From Fonticula alba ATCC 38817 (lineage: Eukaryota; Protista; Nucleariida), in the NCBI GenBank assembly GCA_000388065.2, contig KB932214.1: 59,674 nt of DNA; one strand, given 5' to 3'. Positions 32,079-43,526 of the stretch are shown in pieces. Position 1 is the first letter of the stretch. Every line of letters begins with the position of its first letter. Position numbers and translations under genes: made by a program. The notes beneath the pieces are model-generated. The model saw only the letters and a list, made by a program, of their open reading frames with translations, was not told the DNA's origin and ran no database searches.

Positions 32079-34152
32079 ATTGGGAAATGGGTGTATCTGT
32101 GGCGGGTTTGTGGGTATGTCTCGACAGAGCGTCTCTCTCTTTCCCAACCGCCCTCGCTTCCCCCAGCCCGCGCACACAGCCCCTGGGCTGGCATGGCCGC
32201 CCGAGCGTATGGCAACCCGCGAATTGGTCGCATTTCTGACGCCGAGCCCTCCCTCACATCGAGGGGCGCCGGGATCGGGGGCCTAACGGGCATGCCGGTG
32301 CGCCCGCGCCCTCCTCCCGTTGACTGGCCATTCCCTTGGCTCTGGCCGCGGGCGGCCCAGACCCAGCCACCGGCTTGCCNNNNNNNNNNNNNNNNNNNNN
32401 NNNNNNNNNNNNNNNNNNNNNNNNNNNNCCCCCCCCCCGCCCCGCCCTGGCGGAAGGGCGACGCGGCAGGCAGGGATGCCCATGCGCTGCTGGCGCATCG
32501 CTCCGTGGCCACCAGCCCCCCGCGATCCCGATTCCCCTGCACAATAGCGTGCGCGTATACATACAATATACACACACACACAGAGCCCCTTCTCGGTGTC
32601 TGACCCAGGCCCGTGACAGCATTCCGCGGCCCCGGCGGTCCCCATTGGCAGCTAGTTGTGGGGCAAGGAGGCAGGGGAGCTGTGGGCTACGATCCGAGAG
32701 AATGGCATTCACCAAGCTCGACAAACCACATGACCCACATACATCGACCCCACAACACTTATCCACGCAGCGCCGCCCCGCGGCCGATGTCCCCCCCCCT
32801 CCCTCGGCTCCCTCTTGCTTGGTGCTCGGGCCACTTTGGCGCCCGCGGGCCCGGGTCATTTCCTCGGGCCGGTGTGCATCGGGGAGGATCTGTCCCGACA
32901 CGCCCGAGATTGCCCCGCCCGCCTCAAGGCCTTCCCGGGGCCTGGCTCGGTTCACTTTCGCCGCCCCCGCGCTTGGCCGACTCTCCCCCTCCCCCGGAGT
33001 CGGGGGGGGGGGGGCGCGGAGCTGGAGCCACCCGGTCCCCTGTGCTCGCCCCGGGAGAAGGGCCTCCCGGAGCCTCTCCGCCCAGGATGGCCGCCGCGCC
33101 CCTCTCGAGCCTGGAAGGCGCCCCTGCCTGCGCGGGCCTCTTGGCCCGGTGGGACGAGGGGCCGATGATGGAGGGCACACCATGATACCAATACACACAC
33201 ACACACACAAGCTTGGGATATGTCGCCTAAAAATCTATTGATGCCTTCTTGAGAGGGGGGGGGGATCGGCCTGCTCGTCGGTCCGCCGGTCGGCGGGGGG
33301 TGGGGGATGCGCGGAAGCAGAGGGGAGTTTTCGTATGCTAGGGGTTTTTTTTTTTGGGTCTCTGCGGGGTCCCGTCGCGGGCGGCGCTTGGGCGACCCGT
33401 GCGCGCGTTTGAGGGAGATGTTGTGTTTGCTTTTTTTTTCGTTCGGTCGCGCGCAGAGCGGCAAAGACCGGCGGCGGGCGGGGCGCACGGCCGAGGGGAG
33501 AGACAGGGAGAGAAGAGGCGCGCGGGGTGGCTCCGCCGGCGAGGGGGCTCTGGTGAGCGCCGGCTCTCAGGGGGGGGCGGGGCGGCGTCGCGCGCGCATG
33601 CGCTGGCACACAAACACACAGACACACACATACGCGCCCGTACAAGCCTCCAGAAAGGAAGATATGTGGCGGTCGAGAACGGGCTCCGCATGTGTGTGCG
33701 TGTGCATCATATGCGTGCGCGCGCGCGCGCGCACTATCGTCTCCCGGCACGCGGGGGCATGGGGGCCGCGCAGGCAGCCATGTCGTCGCGTGTGCCCTCC
33801 CCCCCCCCCCCCCCCCGGGGGGGGGGGGGGGGGGGGGGGGGGTCCCGGGTCAAGGCGGCGGGTAGATGGGAAAATGGGGGTATCGGGGTGGGCCGCTCGT
33901 GCCCCCCGGGGTTCCCGCCGGACGGTGTGCGTGGTGCCCCCTCCGGCCCCCAGCGGGTCCGGTGGAGCACATGGGCGGCCCCGGGTGCGAGCGCGCCAGC
34001 CTGGGAGGTGCGGTTGGGCTGCGCGAGCGCGGCCCAGCCTCGCAGGCTCCTCGCTGCGAAAGCACACCACGCCGGCCAGGGCGCCCTTTCACCCTCGGCC
34101 GGCCGGGTGGCCCGGGGTGGCCCGGGGAGGCCCGGGGAGGCCCGGGGAGGCC

Positions 34153-36355
34153 TTAGAAGCACTTGCCGTTGACCAGGGTGGTGCCGGGCGAGCACTCCTG
34201 GCAGTAGGTCGAGGGGAAGGGCTGGCCATGGTGGAGCTTGGTCTCCTGGACGACGCAAATGCGGCAGTGCTGCTCGCACTGGTAGCAGACGTCCTGGGCC
34301 CGGGCGGCCGGGAGCTTGGTGCAGTGGGTGCCGCAGCTGCCCTTCTGGCCGGAGGCGTCGAGCTGGAGCTTCATGCCGAAGGCGCAGTGGACACAGTCGC
34401 CGGCGGTGGGGCCGACGCAGTTGCCGCAGGAGGCATGGCAGGCCTGGCAGACGCCGGTGGCGGTGCGGAACTGCCCGGGCGGGCAGTTGACCAGGCACTG
34501 GTTGATGTCGGTGTGCAGGTGCAGGTAGTGGTCGCAGCCGGTGCACAGGTTGTAGTGATGCGGGCAGCTGACGCAGCCGGGGATGTTGCAGGGCAGGACC
34601 AGCCCCGGGTGCGGGGTGTACCGGGTGCCATCCTGGTGGACGCAGCGGCGCACGCCGCGCTCCTGCAGGACCACCAGCGGGCCCTTGCAGGTGGTGCAAT
34701 AGTCCGGGCGCTTGGAGCAGGTGCCGCAGTTGGTGCTGCAGGGCTTGCAAAGCTTGGCCGTCTCATCGAAGTAGGTGCCGGCCGCGCAGTTGGGCCGGCA
34801 GGCGCCATTGCTGCTCAGGGTGTGGCCGGGCATGCACCGGTTGCAGGTGGAGATGGAGGCCGAGCAGTCGGCGCAGTTTTCGGCGCAGCTGGCACACGCG
34901 CCATACATCAGCCGGTAGCCGGCCGGGCAGGACTCATAGCAGATGCCATCCAGCAGGCCGCCATGGGCCGACAGGCATTGGAGGCAGATTTCCGGCTGCT
35001 GGCGCATGCACCGGCCGCAGTTGGCGGCGCAGGGCTGGCACGTGCCGTCCAGCATCTCGGTGAAGCCGACCGGGCAGTGGTCGGCGCAGGTGCCATCCGG
35101 CTGGACAAACATGCCGGGCACGCACTGGGTGCAGGCGCCGAGGTTGCTGGAGTCGCAGTGCAGGCAGTTGGGCTGCTGGCAGCGCATGCAGGTGTCGCCG
35201 GACTTGGTGTAACCACTGGGGCAGGCGGCGGTGCACATGCCGACGGCCAGGGTGCGCGAGCCGATGGTCACCTCGTTGAAGGGCATGAGGATGGTGCTGG
35301 CCGGGCAGGCGGTGCAGTCGGTCTTCCGGGGCCCGGTGCAGGCGCCATTGGCGCACTCGGCGTGGCAGCTGAAGCAGGTCCCATGGTTGTCGCAGTTGAG
35401 CGGCGGCAGGTCCTGCACCTCGTCGGCCACATGGCCGGGGTGCATGTAGTCGGCCAGGAGCCAGGCATCGCAGCGGAAGCCCTCCGGCATGTCCTCATTG
35501 CGGAAGCAGTGGGTGCCGCATTGGGTCTCGCCGACCGGGCAGTGGATGTTGCAGGTCCGGTGGTGGCTGAGGGTCCGGCCGCCGGTGCAGCTGGCGCAGC
35601 CGAAGACCGCCTTGCGGCTGACCGGCACGCAGCCATCGAAGAAGGTGCGGCTGGGATCGGCGCACGTCTGGTTGGAGGTCATGAAGGTGGTGCAGTGGTT
35701 GCACTTGCCGGGGACCTCGTTGCACTCGTGGCAGTGGGAGATGGAGCACTTGTCCATGACCTGGTTCCGGTGGGCCTGCTTGTTGAGGGGCAGCTCGTGG
35801 GACATGGCGCAGACGCCCTCCACCAGGAAGTAGTCGTTCTTGCACTGGGTGCACTGGGGCTGGCCGTTGACCACGCGGGACATGAGGCACCCGCGCAGGG
35901 AGGGGATGCAGTGGCCGTTGTGCGAGGTTTCGGCTGTGCGTGTGCGTGTGCGTGTGTGGGGGGGGGAGGCCGGTGTCAGGGGAGGTGTGGGTGGTGGGAG
36001 GCCGGTGTCAGGGGAGGTGTGGGTGGTGGGAGGCCGGTGTCAGGGGAGGTGTGGGTGGTGGGAGGCGTGCATGCGTGCGGGGGTGGGAGGCGTGCATGCG
36101 TGCGGGGGCGGGAGGCGTGCATGCGTGCGGGGGTGGGAGGCGTGCATGCGTGCAGGGGTGGGAGGCGTGCATGCGTGCGGGGGTGCGTGCGGGGGTGCGT
36201 GTGTTCGTACCGAGGCCGTTACACAGGTGGTTCGGGTCGTGGACGGGGGCCTGGGCGGCGGCCGAGGTGACGATCACGCCGAGAAGCATGAGGAGCCCGA
36301 CCAGCCGCTGGACATTGCGGCGGCCGAGGACACCCTCGAAGAGGTTGCCGACCAT
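34153..36355 (-). CDS. Secreted CxxC/furin-like cysteine-rich repeat protein, paralog B (641 aa)
   Basis: Exon 1 36355-36211 (signal peptide LVGLLMLLGVIVTSAAA-QAPVHDPNHLCNGL; donor GTACGA, phase 1). Exon 2 35933-34153 (AETSHNGHC...VNGKCF-TAA). Colinear with paralog A. No TM or GPI signal. Confidence 0.9.
35965..36195. repeat. Compound minisatellite in paralog B intron 1: 32-bp unit x3, then 25-bp unit x5
   Basis: GGAGGCCGGTGTCAGGGGAGGTGTGGGTGGTG with period 32, then GGAGGCGTGCATGCGTGCGGGGGTG with period 25. Confidence 0.9.
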
Positions 36356-36571
36356 GGTGTGGGCGCGGGGCGCGGCGGAGGGGGCAGGCGCGGCGGGCAG
36401 GAGCGGCGGAGGCGGCGGCGAAGAGGGGCGGGAGGCTGGCGCAGCGCGGTGAGGAGGGTCTCAGCCGGGCGTGAGAGGCGGGCAACAGGCGAGGGGTCTC
36501 GTCAGGGTCGAGAGGAGGTCGGCCGGGGCGAGTGTGCCAAGAAATCCTCCATTGGGCCGGAAGCCGGCCGC

Positions 36572-36578
36572 TTATATA
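36572..36578 (-). promoter_or_regulatory. TATA box of Cys-rich paralog B
   Basis: TATATAA about 220 nt upstream of ATG 36355. Confidence 0.5.
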
Positions 36579-39500
36579 GCACGCGGCGCCCGGGCTGCCG
36601 GGCGAGGCCGGGCGGGCTGCCAGGCGGCGAGGGGGAGGGGGGGGGGGGCACGCCATCCGGCGCCTCCTGCCGGCCAGGCGCCCCGGGCTCTGTCCCCTCG
36701 AGCGGGAGCCCGGCCTGGCCTTGGCGTGCTCGGGGCGCGGCGCGATGGCGCCCGCGGCCCGGCGCACGGAGCCCCGGGCCACGCTGGGCCCCGGGGCGTA
36801 TGCCGCATCGCCCCCGGGGGCTGGGTATTGGTCGCCGGCACTACCAGGCAACGGCATTGTGGGCCACATTGGCCGTGCCATCGCGGTCTGCGGAGGCCTG
36901 GGCGTGTGCGTGTGTGTGTGGGGGGGGGGGGGGCGGGGCTCGGGCCGGGGGCTCGCCCACAATCACGGCCCAGACCGACGCACCGACCTGCACTTGGTCG
37001 TGCAGCGGGGCCGGGTCATGTTGGCCCCCCGGGCGCGCCGGGCCCGGCCGCCAGATGCTGCCCGGCCGGAGGGGGGGGGGGGGGGCATGCCCCAGTCCTA
37101 CGTGAGGGGCGCGCCTGCGGGCGTGGCTGCCCCTTTCGCCTGCCGCCCGGCAGGTGCTGCGCCCGCCGAGTCGTGTGCTGGCCAGGCCCGTGAGGGGGCG
37201 CGGCCATGGACTCGACGCGCGTGCCGAGAAACCCGGGCGCCGGCCCGCGGCCCGGCCGTCCGGCAAGGGGCTCTTGTGGCACATGCCGAGGGCCGGCGGG
37301 CGCAGGGCGCAGGGCGAGAGCGAGGGGACTCGAGCGGGAAGAGGGCCACCGCGCGGCCGGCCGGAGGGGGGGGGGGGGGCCGGGGTCGGGGACACCGGCC
37401 GCCATGTGCCAGGCGCTCTCGCAGCCGGAAGCGTTCGCCAAGGCCCCCGCGGAGGGCCGGCCGAGGGAGCGGGGGACACACCCGCCCCCTCGGCGGCCCG
37501 GCCGGTCATGACGCTGGGGGCAGGGGGCAGGGGCCGAGGGGTGGGAAGGGGGGGGGGGCGGGGGCGGCCGGTTCATCGGCGGCCGGGGTCGCGCACACGG
37601 CCGAGGGGCATATTATCCGGGCACGCGGGCCGGCTTCGCAGCCGGGCGGGGCAGACGCGGGGCGCGTGCACGCGCGGCCCGCTGGGCGCCGGGATGCCCG
37701 GGGGCCGGGTAAAACACTGGATGCAGCACATGCGTGCGTGTGTGCGTGTGTGTGTATGTGTGCGCGCGCGCGCGCGTGTGTGTCGAGCCCGAACCGCCAC
37801 CACACTGGCGTTCGGCGCGCCCGGGGCCGCAAGGACCGCCGGGGTCGACAGGGGTTTCGGCCAGCAGGGCACGGCAGGGGATCGGGGCGACGATCTTGGC
37901 GCGGGTGCCGCCGCAAACACTGACGCACCCCCGGGCGGGGGCCTTTTTCGGCTGGGCGCGCGGGCGTCGGGCTTTCTTACGCAACCGGCGAGGCTTCTGC
38001 CGCGGGGGGCCGGGGGCCGAGCGGCCAAGGGGGGAAGGAGGTGGCGCGGCTTCGGCGGCACCCTTCGGCCTTTTTCTTGGCTGCCCCCGGGCGTGGGCCT
38101 GCGCACTGCGGGCCGCGTCGCTCTCTCTCTCTCTCTCTCTCTGCGTCCCCTGCTTGTGGGTGGAGGGGGGGGGAGGGGCGCCGGGCGCCGCAGGCCGGCT
38201 GAGGGGCGTCGGACCGGTGACCGGGCACAGTTGGCAGGTGTGGGCGCGCGCCGGCCTGGCGAGCCAGCGAGAGGGGGCGAGGCGAGGGGCGTGCGTGGTG
38301 GCAGCCGCAGCCGCAGCCGCAGCCGCAGCCGCGCCCATGGCGGCGCCTTAATTTGCCCGATCGTCGGGCGGGCAAAGACGGCCGTCCGGGAGGCGAGCCT
38401 CTCCGGCGGGGGAGGGCGGGGTTTTTCGCCAGCCGAGTGGGGAGTGGGCCACCTGGCACCGGCGCGCGTCGCCATTCGCCGGCGGCCTGGCGGCCATGCA
38501 CCTCGCCGGGGGCGGAGGGGGGGGGGGGCCAAGAAGCCCGGCACGCCGCGCTTGGCTGGGCGACATCGACGGTCGGGAGGCGAGGGCGCGCATGCCCGGT
38601 GCTTCGGGCGCCGGTGGCCGGAGGCGGGCCCGCAGGCGGGGGTGACCCGGCGCTGGGCCGGGACGCGCGGCGCCTGGGCATCGGCCGGTCGCGCTGCCGG
38701 GCTTTCCCTCGGCCCCCGGCAGGCGGGCCCGGCCGGATGCTGTCGGCGGCATGGGCAGCCGGGCATCGCGAAGGCGCCTCGAGGGCCGGGGGTCCGGGTC
38801 TGAGAGCGGCCGCCACGCAAGCACCCGGGCGTGGCTCGGCCAGCAGATGGACGCATGACCACATGCACCCGCCAGGGGACCGGCGAAATGCGCGCGCACG
38901 GGGCTCCGGACATACACGCACATGCGCGGGTGTGTGCACACGCAGACGCCCCGGCACACGTACCCCCTCGGGCGGCTGTACGTGCGCGCGCCCACGCCGA
39001 CACACCGGCATATGGGCGCACGCACGCGCCGTAGGCCGGTGTGGCGCGCCCAGGCCCGTTGTGGGCAGGGCGCCCGGCCGGGAGCACCGGAGGCCCGGAC
39101 ACCGCCAGGCAGCCGGCCGGCCGACCGACCGACCGACCGGCCGGCCGGCCGGCCGGCCGGCGCCCGGGGAAGAAGGCCCGGCTGGCGCAACGTGCGCCCC
39201 GGCCGGCCGGCTCCAGGGACCGAAAACGTCGTCGGCCAAACGCCACTGAGATTGCTTCGTTGGCATGCCCAGCTGGGAGGGGCCCCGCACGGGGCCTGTG
39301 GCGCCGCTGCCAGGGGCCCGCCCAGGACGGTGGCCGCCGCCGGCCGGCACAGCCGGCGGGCCGGACCGGCCCGGGGGCGGCGCAGGCCGGGCCGCCATGC
39401 AGCCGGCGGCCAGGCTCAGAGCCCCGAGGCAAATGAGGAGACAACACATGGGGGTGCGCCCAGGGCGGCGCAGGGTCGCCCCTGTAGTGAGGTGTGGCTG

Positions 39501-41667
39501 GGTGCGCTGGGGCCGCCTGCGCGCCGGGCGGGCCCCGAAGCGGCTCGTACCGAGGCCCGGACAATATTTCGATGGGCCTGGCCGGGCGGGCCGGCCGGGC
39601 GGTGGCGCGTACGGCCCCCCCCCCCCCCCCACTGCTCCGGGACTGGGGCCGGGCCCGGCCGGGGAAATTAGCCGGCGCGCGCGCGAGGTAACCCACAAGC
39701 GTTGCCCTGCGGCTTTTGGGGACCCGGGCGCCCCGGTCGGGCTGGCGGCGGGGCCGGCATTTAATTTGATCGGCGAGTCCCGCGTCTGGGGGGGGGGGGG
39801 CATCGGCCCGTGGCCGGTCGCACGCCCGGGGAGTCGCCCGATCGGCGGCGCGGCGCCGGCCACCTGCGTGGCGCTGGGGAGCCGACCTCGGGCCGACGCT
39901 GGGCCTGGCGCGCGCGCGCGCGCGCACACACACGAAGTCATTGCCCCGGCCCCTGGCCCCGGTGGCCCCCGTCGCCGGCGCGGCGCCGGTCCACCGCCCC
40001 CCTCTCTCCCCGGGCTCGCCCGGGCCCACGATGGCTCCCCGCTCCCGGGCTGCTGCTCTCCCATCGAGTCGGGGAGGGGGGCGGGGCGGCACGCGCGTGG
40101 CCGCCCTCGCGTCTTCCTCGTGCCCCCTGCGCCGGCCCCCTGCCCTCATCCTGAGTCATGTGTGGCCCCTCGTTCCCCCCCCCCCGCTGCCCTCGCTTCC
40201 CCCCGCTGCCCTCGGTCGCCGGCCTGCCCCGCGGGCCGGTCCAATTAATGATGCATGGCTCCATGATGCGGCCGCGCATGAGGCTCGCCGCGGGCCCAGC
40301 GCGGTGGAGGCCCGACGTTGTCTCCCCGGCCTCCCCCCCCCCCCCCGGGCCTGGTCTCGGCGACGCCTGCCAGCGCCGACGCCATCATCCATTGGCGCGG
40401 GATGGGCCCGGCGGAGGAAATTACACGCCCCCCTCCCGTGTGCGCCCTGCCCACGGCCGGGCATGGCGCGCAGCATGTGTGGCCGAGGGCCGTTCGCGAC
40501 CGAGCGCCCGAGGCCCTTCCCCTGTGGCCGGCGTGCGCGCGGCCACGGCAGCTGCCTGGCAGCCCGGGCGCCCTGCGCTCGTCGGGGGCTCCCCCGGCGC
40601 CCTGGCTGGGTGTGTGCTGGGGCTTGTCCCTGCGCCCGAGCGGGCCGCTCCTGCTCCTTGGCACTCGTGCGGCCGTCCCCCGGCGTGCCTTCCGCGGCGC
40701 GCGGCGCGCCCCACTCCCCTCCTCTCTCTCCCGCGCGCGCAACATCGCTGCCAGTGGCGACAGGGCACAACCCCCCGTCCGGCCCCCGGGGCCTCGGCTG
40801 CCGCCACCACTCAAGCGCGCGCCCCAGGGGGTGGCGGCGCGCGGTCCCGGCACTGTGTGTATGCACGCTTTTCCAAGGCTCTTTGCTTGTTGCTGGGCTG
40901 CGCGCATGCGAGCCTCTCACCCCTTCGAGTGGCGCGGCGCTCCCGCCCGCGGGTGGGCCCCCCGCCCCCCAGAGGCCCGACAAAAGCCATGCGGCGAGGG
41001 GAGGCAGCGGCGGGGAGCCGGGCAGCGGGTGTATTACATGAGAGCAGGGGAATCTGTCTGCTTGCCTGTGTGTGTATGTGGGAGGCGCGTGCGCGGGGAG
41101 GAGGGGAACAAGCACGCGTGCAGGTGCCCACACACACACACCCACACCCACACCACCGGCCACAGATACACACCCACACACAGGCAGGCAGGCACCGACG
41201 GGTCGCAAGCCGCCGCGCACGGGACGCATATCCGTCGCGGGGCTGACCGATGGGCGCGAGGGCAGGAGGCGGACGCTTTCCCTCTCGTGCAGGCCGGAGG
41301 ACGTGTGTGTGTGTGTGCGCGGTGGGGCGCGGCGCGGGCCCGAGGGCTGCCGGGACGCGGCCGGCAGCGCTTGCGGCCACTCCCCGCCCCTCCCCGCGGA
41401 GGGGATATGCTGCGAGGGGTGCCACGCCGCCGGAAGAGCGTCCCGGCTGCCAGCCCCTGTCCTTGCCCCCTCGCCCCGGGCCCCCCCCCCTCCTCCAGGG
41501 GAACAACTCCTGTGGCCTGGACGGGGGCGGGGAGGGGCACGCAAGAGGCCAAGCAAGGCACCAGGAGGAGAGGCAAAAGAGCGGAGGAGTATGGCCCGTG
41601 CGCACACGGCACCCTTTCCCCTCCCCGTTCGGGGTTGCCGCCCTGCCCCCGGGGGCCTCGGCCACAC

Positions 41668-43526
41668 TCAAATGCACGTGCCGTTGTGCAGGGTGTAGCC
41701 CATCTTGCAGGAGGTGCACTGCGGGACGGGGAGGCCGTTCTGGCCGAGGTGGGCCGGGTGGCCGCCCGGGCCGGTGACCACGCGGCAGGCGGCGCAATTG
41801 GCCGGGCACACCAGGCAGTGGTCGTGCCAGCGAACGGTGCCGATGGTGGCCACCATGGGCGGGCAGCCGACCAGGCACTCGCCCTTGTTGGTGTCGGCCG
41901 AGCGGATGAGCAGGACATTGCCATTGGGGCAGGAGGTGCAGTGCGTGGTGAGGGCACTGCCGTCGCAGTTCATGCAGGTGCTGGCACAGCGGACACACTC
42001 GCCGGTGGAGTGCTTCTCGAAGTAGCTGGTCGGGCACTTGGCCACGCACTGCTTCTTCGGGGTGAGGTAGAAGCCATCGGCGCACTTGGTGCAGTGCTTG
42101 AGGTCCGGGCAGCTGAGGCAGTTGTCCGACCAGCAGGTGTCGCAGGTGGTCGGGGAGTCCGGGTGCGAGCCGGCCGGGCAGGTGACATGGCAGCTGCCAT
42201 GGTGGCCGTTCTTGAGGAACATGCGGCCGGTGGGGCAGGCGATGCAATTGTCGGCCGAGCGCCAGCAGCCCTTGCAGTTGGGGCTGCACGGCTGGCAGCT
42301 GTTGCTCTGGTGGTCGTAGAAGTGGTTGGGGGCCGAGCAAATTTGCATGCACTGGCCATTTTGCAGGACGAAGTCCGGGTCGCACCGGGCACACCATTGG
42401 CTGTTGGCGCAGAGGTTGCACCCGAGCGGGCAGGGCCGGCACTGGCGGGTTTGCATGTGCGGGAAGAAGCCATCCGGGCAGGTGGAGACGCAGCGGCCGC
42501 GCCAGACATACATGTCCGGCCGGGCGCAGCTCAGGCACAGGTGCGGGTGCCCGGTGACGCAGGTCCCACAGTCGGCGGAGCAGGGCTCACAGCGGCCGCC
42601 CTCGGCCACATACGTGTGGCCGATCATCGGGCAGGTCCGGCCGCACGAGCCGTCCGGCATCATGAAGGTGCCCATGTGGCAGCGGGTGCACCGGGCCGGG
42701 TTGGCCGGGTCGCACTCCAGGCAGTTGTTCGGGCACTTGATGCACCGGCCGGGGCCGTTGGCCCCGCCGGGGGTCATGCGCACATGCCCGGCCGGGCAGC
42801 GCTCCTGGCAGGTCCCGATGGAGTAGCCGCTGGTCTTGGGGGCCATCGGCACGAAGATCTCCTGGTAGGGGACCACCACGTGGTTGTTGTTGGCGCAGGT
42901 GACGCAATCGGACTCGCGCGGGCCGGCGCACTTGCCGCAGGAGGGGTGGCAGGCGAAGCACCGGCCGGCCGAGCAGTTCAGGTGCTCGGCCGGGTCCGGC
43001 CCGGTGGGGTCCGGCCCCATGCCCGGGTGCGGCGGCGTGAACATGGCCATGGGCCAGTGCGGGCAGCTGAACCCCGGGGGGATGAGCGTGCTCGGCAGGC
43101 AGTGCTGCCCGCAGATGGTGTTGCCGTAGGGGCACAGGAGCACACATTGCCGGTCCAGGGTCAGGTAGTAGCCCGGGTCGCAGATGGAGCACTGGCGCTG
43201 GACGTGCGGCGAGAACTTCCGGCAGCCCAGCGGGTAGCCGAGCCCCTCGGCGGCGCAGGTCTTCCCCGGCAGCATGTAGGTCGAGCAGTACTCACAGGCG
43301 AAGGGGTCCCCGGGGCAGGACCGGCAGCTGGTCGAGGCGCACTGGGACAGGGGGCTGACGCCGAAGATTTGGTAGTGCGGCGGGAGCTCGTGCTCCGAGT
43401 GGCAGAGCCCCATGTGGAAGTAGTGGTCGTCGCGGCACTGGGTGCAGGTCAGCGACCCGGGGGCCGCCACGCTGGTCAGGCACCCGTGCAGCGGGGGGAA
43501 GCAGTGTCCGGAGATGACGGCCTCGC
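41668..43526 (-). CDS. Secreted-type CxxC/furin-like cysteine-rich repeat protein, paralog C (exon 2; the signal-peptide exon is probably in the N-gap)
   Basis: Acceptor CCCCCAG, then GEAVISGHCFPPLHGCL... to ...GYTLHNGTCI-TGA (about 619 aa). Same phase-1 entry and same modules (CPYGNTICGQHC, GFSCPHWP, CFACHPSCGKCAGP..DC) as A and B. Confidence 0.88.
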
